DNA of 64,000 nt from an uncultured Acidobacteriota bacterium (GCA_963804995.1 CAWDSK010000006.1:672001-736000); one strand, 5' to 3'. Counted from the first letter of the stretch, positions 1 to 10,496 are shown. The notes: generated by a model from the sequence alone, not told the origin. Program-made: numbers and translations.

Positions 1-229
1 CACCACGGAGAACGCGCTCCACATCCAGATTTGGACAGCCTTGATCGCCCTGCTGCTCATCAAGTGGCTCCATCACCTCTCCCAGGCCCACTGGTCGTTC
101 TCCAATATGGCCACCATGCTGCGCCTGAACTTGTTTACCTATCGAGATTTGCGCGACTGGCTTCATGACCCTTTCGGCACCCCGCCAGTGGTTCCCGGCC
201 CCCAGCAACTGGCACTTTCACTGGCTTGA
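1..229 (+). CDS. IS4-family transposase, C-terminal fragment (runs off window start)
   Basis: Frame reads TTENALHIQIWTALIALLLIK, paralleling TSENAVKTQVWVALAAYVLV in the IS4 transposase at 25248-26417. Confidence 0.8.
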   Translation, partial: TTENALHIQIWTALIALLLIKWLHHLSQAHWSFSNMATMLRLNLFTYRDLRDWLHDPFGTPPVVPGPQQLALSLA

Positions 230-351
230 TTTGGACAGGCAACCAACTTATGAAAACCGAAACCTCTTTCTCATTTACCCATCATCCCTGTCCTAAACCC
301 TTTCCTTGCAGTGGGTCGACGATGGAGAACCGATTATCTTGGACAGCAGTG
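1..351 (+). mobile_element. Right end of an IS4-family element
   Basis: TTGGACAGCAGTG at 339-351 resembles the right IR TGGGACAGCACTG of the IS4 at 25100-26430. Confidence 0.65.
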
Positions 352-511
352 ACGATCTTTCGCCCGCTTTGCGGGCTGACTTCATCGGCGAATTTTTGAG
401 ACACAACACTAGCGTGATACGCCCCACGCTAACAGCTCACAGCCGACAGCTCACAGTTAGCCCCCAGTCCCGAGCCCCTAACCCCCAACCCCGAATCGCT
501 CGTCCCCCCGC

Positions 512-730
512 CCCCGCCGTGACACACTACCCCGTATCGGATATCGGTGGGATCGACGCCAAGGATGAGGCAAATTGAGTGGCCGGTAACAAGAAGCTTG
601 CCCCCTCACCCGTCGCGCTTGGGCTGGTGGAGGGATCGCCCGATCACCCGATCTCCCGATTACCTAACCCCGCCGTGACACACTACCCCGTATCGGTTAT
701 CGGCAGGTTGACACCCGAACATGAGGTCAA
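512..730 (+). repeat. Two imperfect ~60-bp direct repeats (512-574, 668-730)
   Basis: Identical 29-nt core CCCCGCCGTGACACACTACCCCGTATCGG, with looser similarity continuing to ATGAGG(T)CAAA. Confidence 0.8.
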
Positions 731-887
731 AAACCGACTGTAGCAGGGGGCGCAGACTGAGTAGCGCCGCGCAGCGGGGCGGCAAGTAAGAAGTGCCACG
801 GCCGACCTGCCCCGATCCATCGGGGTCTTGGCCGTGCCGGTCACGGGCGGGAGAAGCTGTGAAGAAATCCCTGAACGAACAAAAGCA

Positions 888-970
888 TCTCGCGCAGAGA
901 CGCAGAGGCGCAGAGAAAACGAATCAGTTATTTACTTAAAATCTCTGCGTCTCAGCGGCTCTGCGCGAGA
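888..970. repeat. CGCAGAG-type inverted repeat element (related copy at ~10950-11053)
   Basis: TCTCGCGCAGAGACGCAGAGGCGCAGAG ... CTCTGCGTCTCAGCGGCTCTGCGCGAGA. Confidence 0.7.
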
Positions 971-1035
971 TTGTCTATTTTTTCGCAGCTTCGCACGCCC
1001 GTGCCACGCCGCGTGCACCGGTTGGGCCCAGCGCC

Positions 1036-2001
1036 TCATGCTGCGTGATATTCCCACAGAGCGCGATAATACTGCATCAGTCGGATGGGCTCGCAGCTTT
1101 CCGGAACTTCCGCGTAGGTGAAACGGTTGAACCCGATGCTGCGGAAAAGTGTGAAGAGCTCACGCCAGGGATAAGGCTGCTGCCAGGAGGGAAAGCCGGG
1201 GATTGTGGCTGGCGCGGTAACGTTCCCGCCGCCCCAGGGCGCTACGGTTCTTGACAGCTCATTGATGTGGCAGCTTCGAATCCAGGGCTTGAGCAAATCG
1301 AACGTCGGCTTCACGGAGCCATCCACCACGTCCGTATCGTTGGAATTCCAGCATGCGCCCACCGCAGGGTGGTTCGCCACGCTGAGAATGCGGTGAATGT
1401 TAGGGGGAAGCTGGGTGCCTGGGCCATGGACCTCCAGCCATATTTCTACGCCGTGGTCGCGCGCCGCGTCGCCGCACCGGGCGAGGGCATGACCAATCTG
1501 GTCAAGGGTCTTCTCCTCAGGGACGCCTTGGGGAAATCCGTTGGGCCGCACTTTCACGCCCACGCAGCCAACGTCTTGCGCCAGCTCGCACCAGCGCCGC
1601 GTCTCCTCAATGTTCCGCTCCACCGTGGCCGGGTCCGGCGACTCGTATTCACAAGTCGTGCCCAGGCTCATCAAACGCACATGCGAGTCAGCAAACCGCT
1701 TCCTTACTTCGGCCCGCTGCGCCTTATTCAAAGAGATTTCCACGCCGTGCTTGTGCGTCGTGCGCAGCTCCACCCCTTCAAAACCCGTCGCCTCGCAATT
1801 CCTGATGAGCGTATTGATATCCCAATCCTTCGCCAGGTTATAGGTGACCAATCCCAATTTGAAAGGGGGCGCAGAACGCGTGGCATCGGGGTCGTTCACA
1901 CCCTTCGCGAACATGCCGTCTTCAACCGATCCCAGGGCGCTTAAACCCACCGCGGTAAGAACTCCCGTTTTGAGAAAATCCCGTCTGCCTGTTGTGCCCA
2001 T
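1036..2001 (-). CDS. Sugar phosphate isomerase/epimerase (xylose-isomerase-like TIM barrel) with Tat signal
   Basis: RRDFLK twin-arginine motif; GFEGVELR, IWLEVHG and CHINEL motifs; GAGGGGAGG RBS upstream (alternative start 2007). Confidence 0.8.
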   Translation of the reverse strand: MGTTGRRDFLKTGVLTAVGLSALGSVEDGMFAKGVNDPDATRSAPPFKLGLVTYNLAKDWDINTLIRNCEATGFEGVELRTTHKHGVEISLNKAQRAEVRKRFADSHVRLMSLGTTCEYESPDPATVERNIEETRRWCELAQDVGCVGVKVRPNGFPQGVPEEKTLDQIGHALARCGDAARDHGVEIWLEVHGPGTQLPPNIHRILSVANHPAVGACWNSNDTDVVDGSVKPTFDLLKPWIRSCHINELSRTVAPWGGGNVTAPATIPGFPSWQQPYPWRELFTLFRSIGFNRFTYAEVPESCEPIRLMQYYRALWEYHAA

Positions 2002-2729
2002 CCTCATCCTCCCCTCGTGCGTGGTTGTGCGCGGCTGGCGCTTCCGCGAAGTCGCGCAGAAAGCCCACGCGCATTCTACTCCTATTGAATTTTCTGAAGA
2101 TAGGGGCATCTGCCTGCGGGTGGCGAGGCAAGCGTCTATGTCATGGGACTGCGTCAGAGGCGGCCCATCCCGATTGCCAGCATGCCGACTAGGCCAGTCG
2201 GTTCAGTGTTCTACACTGGCAGTGGCAGCGGCAGACGGCGTGGTTACATGACCCGCTCTGGACTGCGGTGGGACGAAAATCGGAACCACCAGTCCTGATA
2301 GGACCATCAGAATGGCCAAGCCAACAACGACATTTACAAGAGTGAGGTGAATTCGCCAGGAGAGCTTTCGCACTATAGAGCACCTTTCCTAAGTTCAGGC
2401 ATTGTTGAGCAATTCGCAGGCCAAGTCAAAAATATCGGTGTGCTTGAAATTCAAGTTAATCCCCTAAGATTCAAGAGGTTAGGCGTTCGCCACCTTGGCG
2501 CGAGCTAGTTAGAGGCAGATCATTACAAGAATGTGACAATTTGCGGCATTTTCGTTGTGCCAATATCTGACCACTATCCTTCATATGGGTGCACAGCCTC
2601 CAAGCACTACTACCCCTGGACACTAGCCATACGCACCAGATAAGCCCTTGTGACCCGTCGTCAATTCGTACCGCGGCCAGGCCATTTCCCTTATAATAAT
2701 CACGGGCGCTTCGGTCGAAAGGCTAATCC

Positions 2730-3293
2730 ATGATCCTGGTCATCGATAACTACGATTCCTTCACCTACAACCTTGTCCAATATCTGGGGGAGCTGGGCGC
2801 AAACCTCGAAGTCGTGAGAAACGATCAGACCACAGTTGAGAACATCGCAAAGCAAGCCCCCGAACGGATTGTAATTTCACCCGGCCCCAAGACGCCTACG
2901 GAAGCTGGAATCTGTCTCGAAGTGATTGGAGCATTCGCAGGGCGCATTCCGATTCTAGGCGTCTGTCTGGGCCACCAAGCCATTGGGCAAGCTTTCGGCG
3001 GGAAGGTCATTCGCGCCCCGGAACTCATGCACGGCAAGACCAGCGAAATCCGTCACGACGGCAAAACCATCTTCGCGGGGCTGCCGAATCCATTTCCCGC
3101 GACCCGTTATCATTCCCTGATTGTCGAGCGCTCAACCCTTCCCGCCTGTCTCGAAATTTCTGCGTGCACCGCGGACGGGCTCATCATGGGCCTCCGCCAC
3201 AAAGAGATGAAAGTGGAAGGTGTACAGTTTCACCCCGAGTCCATCCTGACTGACGCGGGCAAGCAGTTGCTCGGAAACTTCCTCAACTTGTGA
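2730..3293 (+). CDS. trpG: Anthranilate/aminodeoxychorismate synthase component II (glutamine amidotransferase)
   Basis: [34 protein letters not shown]. Confidence 0.93.
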   Translation: MILVIDNYDSFTYNLVQYLGELGANLEVVRNDQTTVENIAKQAPERIVISPGPKTPTEAGICLEVIGAFAGRIPILGVCLGHQAIGQAFGGKVIRAPELMHGKTSEIRHDGKTIFAGLPNPFPATRYHSLIVERSTLPACLEISACTADGLIMGLRHKEMKVEGVQFHPESILTDAGKQLLGNFLNL

Positions 3294-3300
3294 CTCGTCC

Positions 3301-3418
3301 AGTGTAGTGTCCGGTAATTAACTGGACATCGTAGCGCCGCCATCTTGGCGGCATTTGCCGGCAGGATGCCGGCGCTACGGCCAACCCAGTTGTCCAGCCA
3401 TTTCCTGGACACTACACT
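3301..3418. repeat. Nested palindrome: outer IR enclosing a GTAG...CTAC REP doublet (3331-3378)
   Basis: Outer AGTGTAGTGTCC/GGACACTACACT; inner GTAGCGCCGCCATCTTGGCGGC...GCCGGCAGGATGCCGGCGCTAC. Confidence 0.8.
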
Positions 3419-3476
3419 AGTTCCGTGCGCAGGGCAGCAAGCAAAAAATAGTTCGCTAACTCCCACGGGGGATCTG

Positions 3477-5177
3477 ATGGCTTCACAACCAGTTTATGAC
3501 GCGATCGTGGTGGGCTCCGGCGCGTCAGGAGGCATTGCCGCGTACGTCCTGGCCACCGAGGGCCTGAATGTGTTGTGCCTGGAGGGCGGCCGTCCCATCG
3601 ATCCCGCCGTGGATTTTTCCACCCACAAGATGCCTTATGACTGGCCCCATCGCGGCCACGGCAAGCCTGGCCAATACGGAAAGATCCCTCAGGGCATGGG
3701 TTGGAAAATTACGGAGTGGACAGACCATCTCTACACGATTCCGCAGGAAGACCCTTACGCGCTCGCCCCCGGCTCGAAGTTCACTTGGACTCGCATGCGA
3801 GTAGTCGGTGGGCGCACCAACGTTTGGGGACGTAGTATCGACCGCTTCGGTCCGCTCGACTTCAAGGCCAAGAGTCAGCAGGACGGCTTTGGCGAAGACT
3901 GGCCCCTCACTTACGACGACATCGCCCCCTACTACGATCACATCGAGAAGCTCATCGGAGTGTCGGGGATTTCGCCGGGAGTTTACAACACACCCTGCGG
4001 GCAATATTTGCTTCCCGGCTTTCGTCCGCGCTGTGGTGAGTGGATGATCAAGCGCGGTGCGGAGAAGCTGGGCATCAAAGTGCTACCCTTGCAACTGGCC
4101 GTGATCAGTCAGAATTACGATGGCCGTCCCGCCTGCCATTACTGCGGCGCATGCAACAACGGCTGCGATACAGCTTCGCGCTTCAGTTCGCCGGATGTGC
4201 TGGTGCCGAAACTCGAAAAGCTCAAGAACTTCACGCTGCGAACCCACGCCGTGGTGCACACCGTGCTGATGGACAAGAACACGGGGAAGGCTCGGGGCGT
4301 GACTTATATCGATGCGAACAACCGCCAGGAATACGAAGCCTATGGCAAGACCGTGGTGTTGGGCGCGTCGATGGTTGAGTCGCTCCGCATCCTCTTCAAT
4401 TCCCGCAGCCGCGAATTTCCCACCGGGCTCGCGAATTCCAGCGGGGTGTTGGGCAAATATCTCTCCGAGCACGTGGCGTTCAATAGCATCGCGGGATTCA
4501 TGCCGCAACTCGTGGGGCGCCCCACCACCAACGACGACGGGCCCGGCGAAGGCAGCCTCTACATCCCGCGCTACAATTACGGCCACGGGGACAAGAAGAA
4601 ATTCCTGCGCGGCTTTCGCCTGTATTTCCATTCCGGATGCGGGGTGGGCCCTGGCGTCGGCGCGTCGTCCCCAGGGTTCGGGTCTGCGTACAAGAAGCGC
4701 ATTAAGGACCTCTACCCCGCGAACGTTTCCATCAGCGGGATGGGCGAAGGGTTGGCATTCCCGTGGAACTACGTCGAGATCGACCCGGACGGGTTAAAAG
4801 ATCGCTTCGGGATTCCGCAGGTACGCTTCCATACCACGGCGGAGTACGACCACGCCTTCGCGATCCGGGATGAAATGTATGGAGAGATGGAGAGAATCCT
4901 GAAAGCTTCCGGTGCGGAGATTCTGCCCTACAGAAAAGTGGCGCCCTATCCGCTCGGAGCCGTTACGCATGAGGCCGGCGGCGCGCGCATGGGCGAAGAT
5001 CCCAAGACCTCGGTTCTCGACGCCTGGAACCGCTGCCACGACGTCAAGAATCTGCTGGTGGTGGATGCGGCGTGCTTTGTGACGCACCCGGAAAAGCACC
5101 CCACCCTCACCATCATGTCGCTCGCGTACCGCGCCGCGGATCACCTGGCGGAGGAAATTCGCGCGGGAAATATCTAA
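3477..5177 (+). CDS. GMC-family oxidoreductase, flavoprotein subunit
   Basis: VVGSGASGG FAD motif, VGGRTNVWG, CHYCGACNNGC cluster, HEAGGARMG, PTLTIMSLAYR. Confidence 0.9.
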   Translation: MASQPVYDAIVVGSGASGGIAAYVLATEGLNVLCLEGGRPIDPAVDFSTHKMPYDWPHRGHGKPGQYGKIPQGMGWKITEWTDHLYTIPQEDPYALAPGSKFTWTRMRVVGGRTNVWGRSIDRFGPLDFKAKSQQDGFGEDWPLTYDDIAPYYDHIEKLIGVSGISPGVYNTPCGQYLLPGFRPRCGEWMIKRGAEKLGIKVLPLQLAVISQNYDGRPACHYCGACNNGCDTASRFSSPDVLVPKLEKLKNFTLRTHAVVHTVLMDKNTGKARGVTYIDANNRQEYEAYGKTVVLGASMVESLRILFNSRSREFPTGLANSSGVLGKYLSEHVAFNSIAGFMPQLVGRPTTNDDGPGEGSLYIPRYNYGHGDKKKFLRGFRLYFHSGCGVGPGVGASSPGFGSAYKKRIKDLYPANVSISGMGEGLAFPWNYVEIDPDGLKDRFGIPQVRFHTTAEYDHAFAIRDEMYGEMERILKASGAEILPYRKVAPYPLGAVTHEAGGARMGEDPKTSVLDAWNRCHDVKNLLVVDAACFVTHPEKHPTLTIMSLAYRAADHLAEEIRAGNI

Positions 5178-5200
5178 CCCCCTGGGGTCGTGAGGTTGAA

Positions 5201-5836
5201 ATGAACTACGAAACCATTGGACGAAGAAAAGCCCTGAAATACTTCGGCATGCTCGCCGCGAGCGCCGCGGGACAGGAATTTCTGGCGTCGTGGCTTCCTG
5301 CCGCGGAGGCCCCGGGAGCTGCGCACGCCGCGCACCTGCATCACCCTGCCGCGCAAACCCCCGACCCCAGCCTTGCCGCTTCTTCGCCGCAATTTTTCTC
5401 GGCCCCGGAATATCGTACCGTGGAGATTCTCACCGAGTTGATTATCCCTACCGACGATCAGCCCGGAGCGAAGGGGGCGCAGGTGGCCCGCTACATTGAC
5501 TTCGTCGTTTTCTCTGCCGCCGAGTTCGAGCCGCAACTGCAAAAGGAATGGATCGCCGGGCTTGCCCTTCTGGAAAGGCTGAGCTCAGAAAAGTACGGCC
5601 ACGCATTCCGTGATCTCACCGCCGCGCAGCAGGAAGCGCTGCTCACCGAAATGAGTGCCCCGGAGCACGATCCCAAGACCAGCCACGAGGGTTTTGCCTT
5701 TTATCGGCAGGTGAAGGAAATGACAGTGGAAGGTTTTTACACGTCGAAGATAGGATTGGTCGACGTGCTCGGCTACATGGGCCGCACTTACCTCTCGGAG
5801 TTCCCAGGCTGCACGCACCCCGAGCATCAGTCGTGA
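5201..5836 (+). CDS. Gluconate 2-dehydrogenase subunit 3-like protein (Tat)
   Basis: GRRKALK, LIIPTDDQPGA, TVEGFYTSKIG; directly follows the GMC gene. Confidence 0.85.
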   Translation: MNYETIGRRKALKYFGMLAASAAGQEFLASWLPAAEAPGAAHAAHLHHPAAQTPDPSLAASSPQFFSAPEYRTVEILTELIIPTDDQPGAKGAQVARYIDFVVFSAAEFEPQLQKEWIAGLALLERLSSEKYGHAFRDLTAAQQEALLTEMSAPEHDPKTSHEGFAFYRQVKEMTVEGFYTSKIGLVDVLGYMGRTYLSEFPGCTHPEHQS

Positions 5837-5871
5837 TCTGGGAGGGTCTGGTTGTCAGCGGATGGTGTCCG

Positions 5872-6924
5872 TCAGCGGCGATACCGCGAGGTAAATTCCA
5901 CGAGATTGCGGAGTGTCGCGCGCGCCGCGCCGGAATCCACAACCTCTGCCGCCCTTCCCACACCTTCCGCAAAATTCTCCGCTTTCCCCGCCAGGGTGAA
6001 GGCCGCAGCCGCGTTCGCCAGCACCACATCACGATAAGGACCGCGGTCCCCGTCCAATACTGCCAGCAGCAAGCGCGCATTGGTCTCTGCGTCGCCGCCG
6101 TGCAGTTGTTCAAGGGAAGCGCGCGGCAGGCGAAACTCTTCGGGGTGCACGTCGCGCGTCCGGACCGTGTTGCCATTACTCTCGGAAAGCCGCGTCGCGC
6201 CGGTCGTCGTAATCTCATCGATGCCGTCCGAGCCCGCCACCACGTAGGCCTGGCGCGTGCCCACGGCTTGCAGGGTCGCGGCCATCATCTCCGTGCGCGC
6301 GGCATCGAATACGCCCACCAACTGCACCGTCGCCGCCAGCGGATTGGTGAGCGGGCCGAGGAGATTGAACACGCTTTTGGTTTTCAAGCTGCGCCGCGCG
6401 TTCATCACGTGCTTCATGGCCAGGTGCAGGCGGGGAGCAAACAGGAAGACCATGCCGACTTCTTCAAGACAGGCCGGAATCCGCTCGAGCGGCAGATCGA
6501 TTTCGACCCCCAGGGCTTCCAGGACGTCGGCGCTACCACAGCGGCTGGAAATCGAACGGTTACCGTGCTTGGCCACGCGGACTCCTGCCGCCGCCGCTAC
6601 CAGTGCCGCCGCCGTCGAAACGTTGAACGTCCCGCGGCCATCGCCCCCCGTGCCGCAGGTATCGAGCAAGGGCTCGCGATGTGAGACGGATTCAAGCTTC
6701 ACTCCGGCCGTGCGCAAGGTTTCGGTAGCGTGGGCGCGCATCTCCTCCGCAAAACCCACCAACTCTTCCGCCTGCTCGCCCTTGTCGCGCAGCGCGGCAA
6801 GGAACGCCACAATCTCCTCATCCGGCACTGTACCCGAAAGGAGCTGCTGCATCACGGCGCGAGCTTCGGCTCGCGTGAGGTGCGTCTGCGCTTTGATGGT
6901 TTCGATGGACTCTCGAATCGTCAT
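5872..6924 (-). CDS. trpD: Anthranilate phosphoribosyltransferase
   Basis: DTCGTGGDG, FNVST, KHGNRSISSRCGSADVLEALG, FNLLGPLTNP. Confidence 0.95.
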   Translation of the reverse strand: MTIRESIETIKAQTHLTRAEARAVMQQLLSGTVPDEEIVAFLAALRDKGEQAEELVGFAEEMRAHATETLRTAGVKLESVSHREPLLDTCGTGGDGRGTFNVSTAAALVAAAAGVRVAKHGNRSISSRCGSADVLEALGVEIDLPLERIPACLEEVGMVFLFAPRLHLAMKHVMNARRSLKTKSVFNLLGPLTNPLAATVQLVGVFDAARTEMMAATLQAVGTRQAYVVAGSDGIDEITTTGATRLSESNGNTVRTRDVHPEEFRLPRASLEQLHGGDAETNARLLLAVLDGDRGPYRDVVLANAAAAFTLAGKAENFAEGVGRAAEVVDSGAARATLRNLVEFTSRYRR

Positions 6925-6975
6925 AGTGTTCTTATGCGTTCGCCGCTCGGGCACGGCATCACTATCATGAAAAAG

Positions 6976-7179
6976 CTCCCCTCCTCAGATGAGGAGGGGT
7001 GGCGCGCCGAGCGCCGGGGTGGTGCTGAAATGGGTAATGCCGGCCGTGGCGGCAAGCCGCCAAGTGGTTGGAATAACCTCCCCGTCGCCTCAGGTGCTCG
7101 CGTAACCACCCCGTCGCCTTCGGCGCCACGGAAATCAGGAGGGGAGTTCTTAAAAACACTCCCCGCCTCAGATGAGGAG
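6976..7179. repeat. CTCCCCTCCT..AGGAGGGG palindrome cluster (other copies at ~31498-31603 and 50979-51026)
   Basis: CTCCCCTCCTCAGATGAGGAGGGG followed by ...CGGGGTGGTG, recurring in three intergenic regions. Confidence 0.8.
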
Positions 7180-7190
7180 CGCCTGCCTTT

Positions 7191-7240
7191 GTAGCGCTGA
7201 CCTTTAGGTCAGCACGTGCCGACCTCAAGGTCAGCGCTAC
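7191..7240. repeat. GTAG-type REP doublet
   Basis: GTAGCGCTGACCTTTAGGTCAGC...GCCGACCTCAAGGTCAGCGCTAC. Confidence 0.8.
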
Positions 7241-7509
7241 CCCCAGTCCCCTTCATTGCAATTCCAGGCCGGATTCCCTATACTCAATATTTCGGGGTAA
7301 GCGAGCTGAACATTCTAGTGTAAGCCGCTTTATTGGCTTTGCCAAAGTTAGATTTCACATCCAGTTGATCCTTGCCGGTCTGGAATGGCCGCCCCGTAGT
7401 ATCGGGACGTTACAAGATTCTCGCCTTTCTGCAAAACAACAGGGCAAGGAAACCAGCCTCAGCCCTCCGCTGATAGCTGAAGGCTGAAAGCTGACAGCTC
7501 CTAATAAAT

Positions 7510-8674
7510 ATGAAAATCCACGAATATCAGGCAAAACAGATTCTTGCAAAGTTTGGGGTCGCGGTGCCCTGCGGCGAGGTGATCGCCAAGCGTGAGGAGG
7601 CTCGCGCCGTGGCGGAAAAGCTGGGCGGCGGAACCGTTGTCGTCAAAGCCCAGATTCACGCCGGCGGCCGCGGCAAAGGGGGCGGCGTCAAGCTGGCCCA
7701 CAATCCCGCCGAGGCCGAAGCCATCGCAGGGCAAATTCTGGGCATGACGCTCGTCACCCACCAGACCGGCCCCGAAGGCCGCCTGGTGAAGCGCGTCCTG
7801 ATCGAAGAAGGTTTGGATGTGGCGCGCGAACTTTACCTCGGCATCGTCATCGATCGCGCCTCCGGCCGGCCGGTGTTTATGGCCTCAAGCGAAGGTGGCG
7901 TGGAAATCGAAGTTGTGGCCGCCGAGCATCCGGAGAAAATCCTGAAAGAATTCATCGACCCCGCCGTGGGTTTCCAGGCCTTTCAGGCGCGCAAGCTCGC
8001 CTTCGGATTGGGCCTGGAGGGCAAGGTAGTGAACGAGGCGGCGCGCCTTTTCCAGAACCTCTATCGCGCCTTTGAGGCTACCGACGCTTCGCTGGTTGAG
8101 ATCAATCCCTTCGTCACCACGCGTGACGGCCGCGCGCTGGCGCTCAACGCCAAGATGAACTTTGACGATAACGCGCTCGCGCGCCACCCGGAAATCCGTG
8201 AACTGCGCGACCTTGACGAAGAAGACCCCTTGGAAGTGAAGGCGTCGAATTACGGGCTCAACTACATTCGCCTGGAGGGCAACGTGGGCTGCATGGTGAA
8301 CGGCGCGGGCCTGGCCATGGCCACTATGGACATTATCCAGTACGCCGGCAGCCGCCCCGCGAATTTCCTGGATGTGGGCGGCGGCGCCAACGAAGAACAG
8401 GTCCGCCACGGCTTCGAAGATCATCTTGAGCGACGCCAACGTGCGCGCGGTTCTGATTAACATCTTCGGCGGCATCATGCGCTGCGATATTGTCGCGAAC
8501 GGTGTGGTGGCCGCCGCGAAAACCCTGGGGATCAAAGTGCCCATCGTGGTGCGGCTGAAAGGAACCAACGTCGAGCTGGGGCAAAAGATCCTCCGCGAGT
8601 CCGGCCTGAACTTCACTGTGGCCAATGATATGAAAGAGGCAGCGGAAAAAGTAGTCGCGCTGGCGCAGCAATGA
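7510..8674 (+). pseudogene. sucC: Succinyl-CoA synthetase beta subunit, frameshifted (+1 nt near 8416)
   Basis: [45 protein letters not shown]-terminus ([11 protein letters not shown]) continues in another frame to 8674; may be a sequence error. Confidence 0.9.
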
Positions 8675-9513
8675 CCTTCGATTTGACGACCGCACGGCGG
8701 ATCACTCTGAAACAGCTGTCCGGGGCTGGGCCGGGGAGTGAAATCCAAATCTCCAGCCTGGAAGCCAATGTAAGTCACGCTTACGCGACAGAGTGTGGGA
8801 TAACCACAGCTCCTTACAGTGGAGACTGGAGACAGCATCTCGGCCTCAATGGCACAACTTTCATTCATCAGGTCATCTGGGACTTGATAGTGCAGCGGGT
8901 TCTAACAGTCCGGAACTATGGGAACTACTCTTGGGCAGCTGTGAGCGTGACTGATTATGGGGCTGAGGTTCTCAAAGAGCAACGCTGGTCACCATACGAC
9001 CAGGACGGTTATCTCAAAGAGCTGCACACACGAACGCCAAGATTAGCTTCACTGTGTAACATGTACGCGGTCGAGGCTTTGCAATGCTTCCGGGGTGGCT
9101 GCTATTTGGCCACTGTCGTGATGCTCGGAGCAGCCTCGGAAGGGATAATAAACGAGTTATTTCGCCGGTTCCTCGCGGCCCTTAAGGTCGGGGGGGTGCC
9201 TGAGGCATCCAGCGTGGAGGACAAGATCAAGAAAGAGCAATCCATTTACCGGAAGTATGAGGTATTCAGGAGATACTTCGATTCACTCGTTAAGCCCAAG
9301 CTGTCGTCGGAACTTAGTGATGACCTTAACATTCAATTCGACGGAGTGTTTAATCTTATCCGGTTCTACCGAAACGACGCTGGCCACCCCACCGGTACAC
9401 AAATCGAGCGGATGAGCGCATTCACAAGCCTCATCTTGTTTGTACCTTATTGCAAGCGCGTCGAGGACCTTATCAACTGGTTGGAAGCAAGCGCAGGAAC
9501 CCTAAATAAATGA
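8671..9513 (+). CDS. Hypothetical protein with putative C-terminal HEPN-like domain
   Basis: 280-aa ORF overlapping the sucC stop and sucD start; RNDAGH (RxxxxH) at 9370-9387; [13 protein letters not shown] helix; visibly lower GC than flanks. Confidence 0.65.
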   Translation: MTFDLTTARRITLKQLSGAGPGSEIQISSLEANVSHAYATECGITTAPYSGDWRQHLGLNGTTFIHQVIWDLIVQRVLTVRNYGNYSWAAVSVTDYGAEVLKEQRWSPYDQDGYLKELHTRTPRLASLCNMYAVEALQCFRGGCYLATVVMLGAASEGIINELFRRFLAALKVGGVPEASSVEDKIKKEQSIYRKYEVFRRYFDSLVKPKLSSELSDDLNIQFDGVFNLIRFYRNDAGHPTGTQIERMSAFTSLILFVPYCKRVEDLINWLEASAGTLNK

Positions 9514-10381
9514 GCATACTTGTTGACGAAAATACGCGATTACTAGTTCAGGGCATTACCGGACGCGAGGGAACCTTCCACACGCAGCAAGCTGTTGCTT
9601 ACGGCACGAAGGTTGTGGCTGGCGTGACGCCCGGGAAGGGCGGTACCAGTGTCGACGGCATTCCCGTCTTCAACACCGTGCAGGAGGCCGTGGATAAAAC
9701 CGGCGCAAATGCTTCCGTCATCTTCGTTCCCCCTGGTTTGCCGCTGACGCCATCATGGAAGCCGCGGACGCCGGGCTTCCCCTCGTGGTCGCTATCACCG
9801 AGGGCATCCCGACGCTCGATATGGTGCGCGCCGCGCAATTCCTGGCCGGAAAGACCACACGCCTGATCGGACCCAACTGCCCGGGGATAATTTCTCCAGG
9901 TAAATGCAAAATCGGCATTATGCCAGGGCAAATTCATCTACCGGGGCACGTGGGTGTGGTCTCGCGTAGCGGGACTCTGACCTACGAAGCGGTAGGCCAA
10001 TTGACGGCCCTGGGCATCGGGCAATCCACCTGCATCGGTATTGGCGGCGACCCCATCATCGGTACGAATTTCGTGGATGCATTGCGGCTTTTTAGCCAGG
10101 ACCCTGACACCCACGCCATCGTGATGATCGGAGAAATCGGCGGAGCGGCAGAGGAAGAGGCCGCGGCATTCATCAAAGCGAATGTGAAGAAGCCGGTGGT
10201 GGGATTCATCGCCGGCCGCACCGCGCCGCCCGGCCGCCGCATGGGCCACGCCGGAGCGATCATCTCCGGCGGCAAGGGGACGGCTGCCGACAAGATTGCA
10301 GCTCTTGAAGCCGCTGGCATCGCCGTCGCCGCAAGCCCTGCGCTCATTGGAGAAACGATGGCGCACGCGCTGGCGCGCTAA
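9510..10381 (+). pseudogene. sucD: Succinyl-CoA synthetase alpha subunit, frameshifted (-1 nt near 9729-9739)
   Basis: [11 protein letters not shown] and GVTPGKGG, then [22 protein letters not shown] and MGHAGA in the shifted frame; may be a sequence error. Confidence 0.9.
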
Positions 10382-10385
10382 GAGA

Positions 10386-10496
10386 CGAAAATCGAAAATT
10401 GAAACTCGAAATTCGCCACTTCGCGAGTTTGGAGGGCGAGTTTCGAATTTCGATTTTCGATTTTCAAGTTTCCTGTTTCGAGTTTCGTCTTTTCGA
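10386..10496. repeat. Inverted arrays of heptamer-like repeats (CGAAAAT / TTTCGAN)
   Basis: CGAAAATCGAAAATTGAAACTCGAAATTCG ... CGAGTTTCGAATTTCGATTTTCGATTTTCAAG. Confidence 0.75.

Noticed and set aside
512..730. Possible CRISPR array
   Set aside because: Only two units, a ~95-nt spacer, and no cas genes in the window
2110..2729. AT-richer intergenic region as ncRNA or gene
   Set aside because: No convincing ORF or RNA fold; likely a divergent promoter region
8410..8425. Programmed frameshift in sucC
   Set aside because: No slippery heptamer or homopolymer at the site
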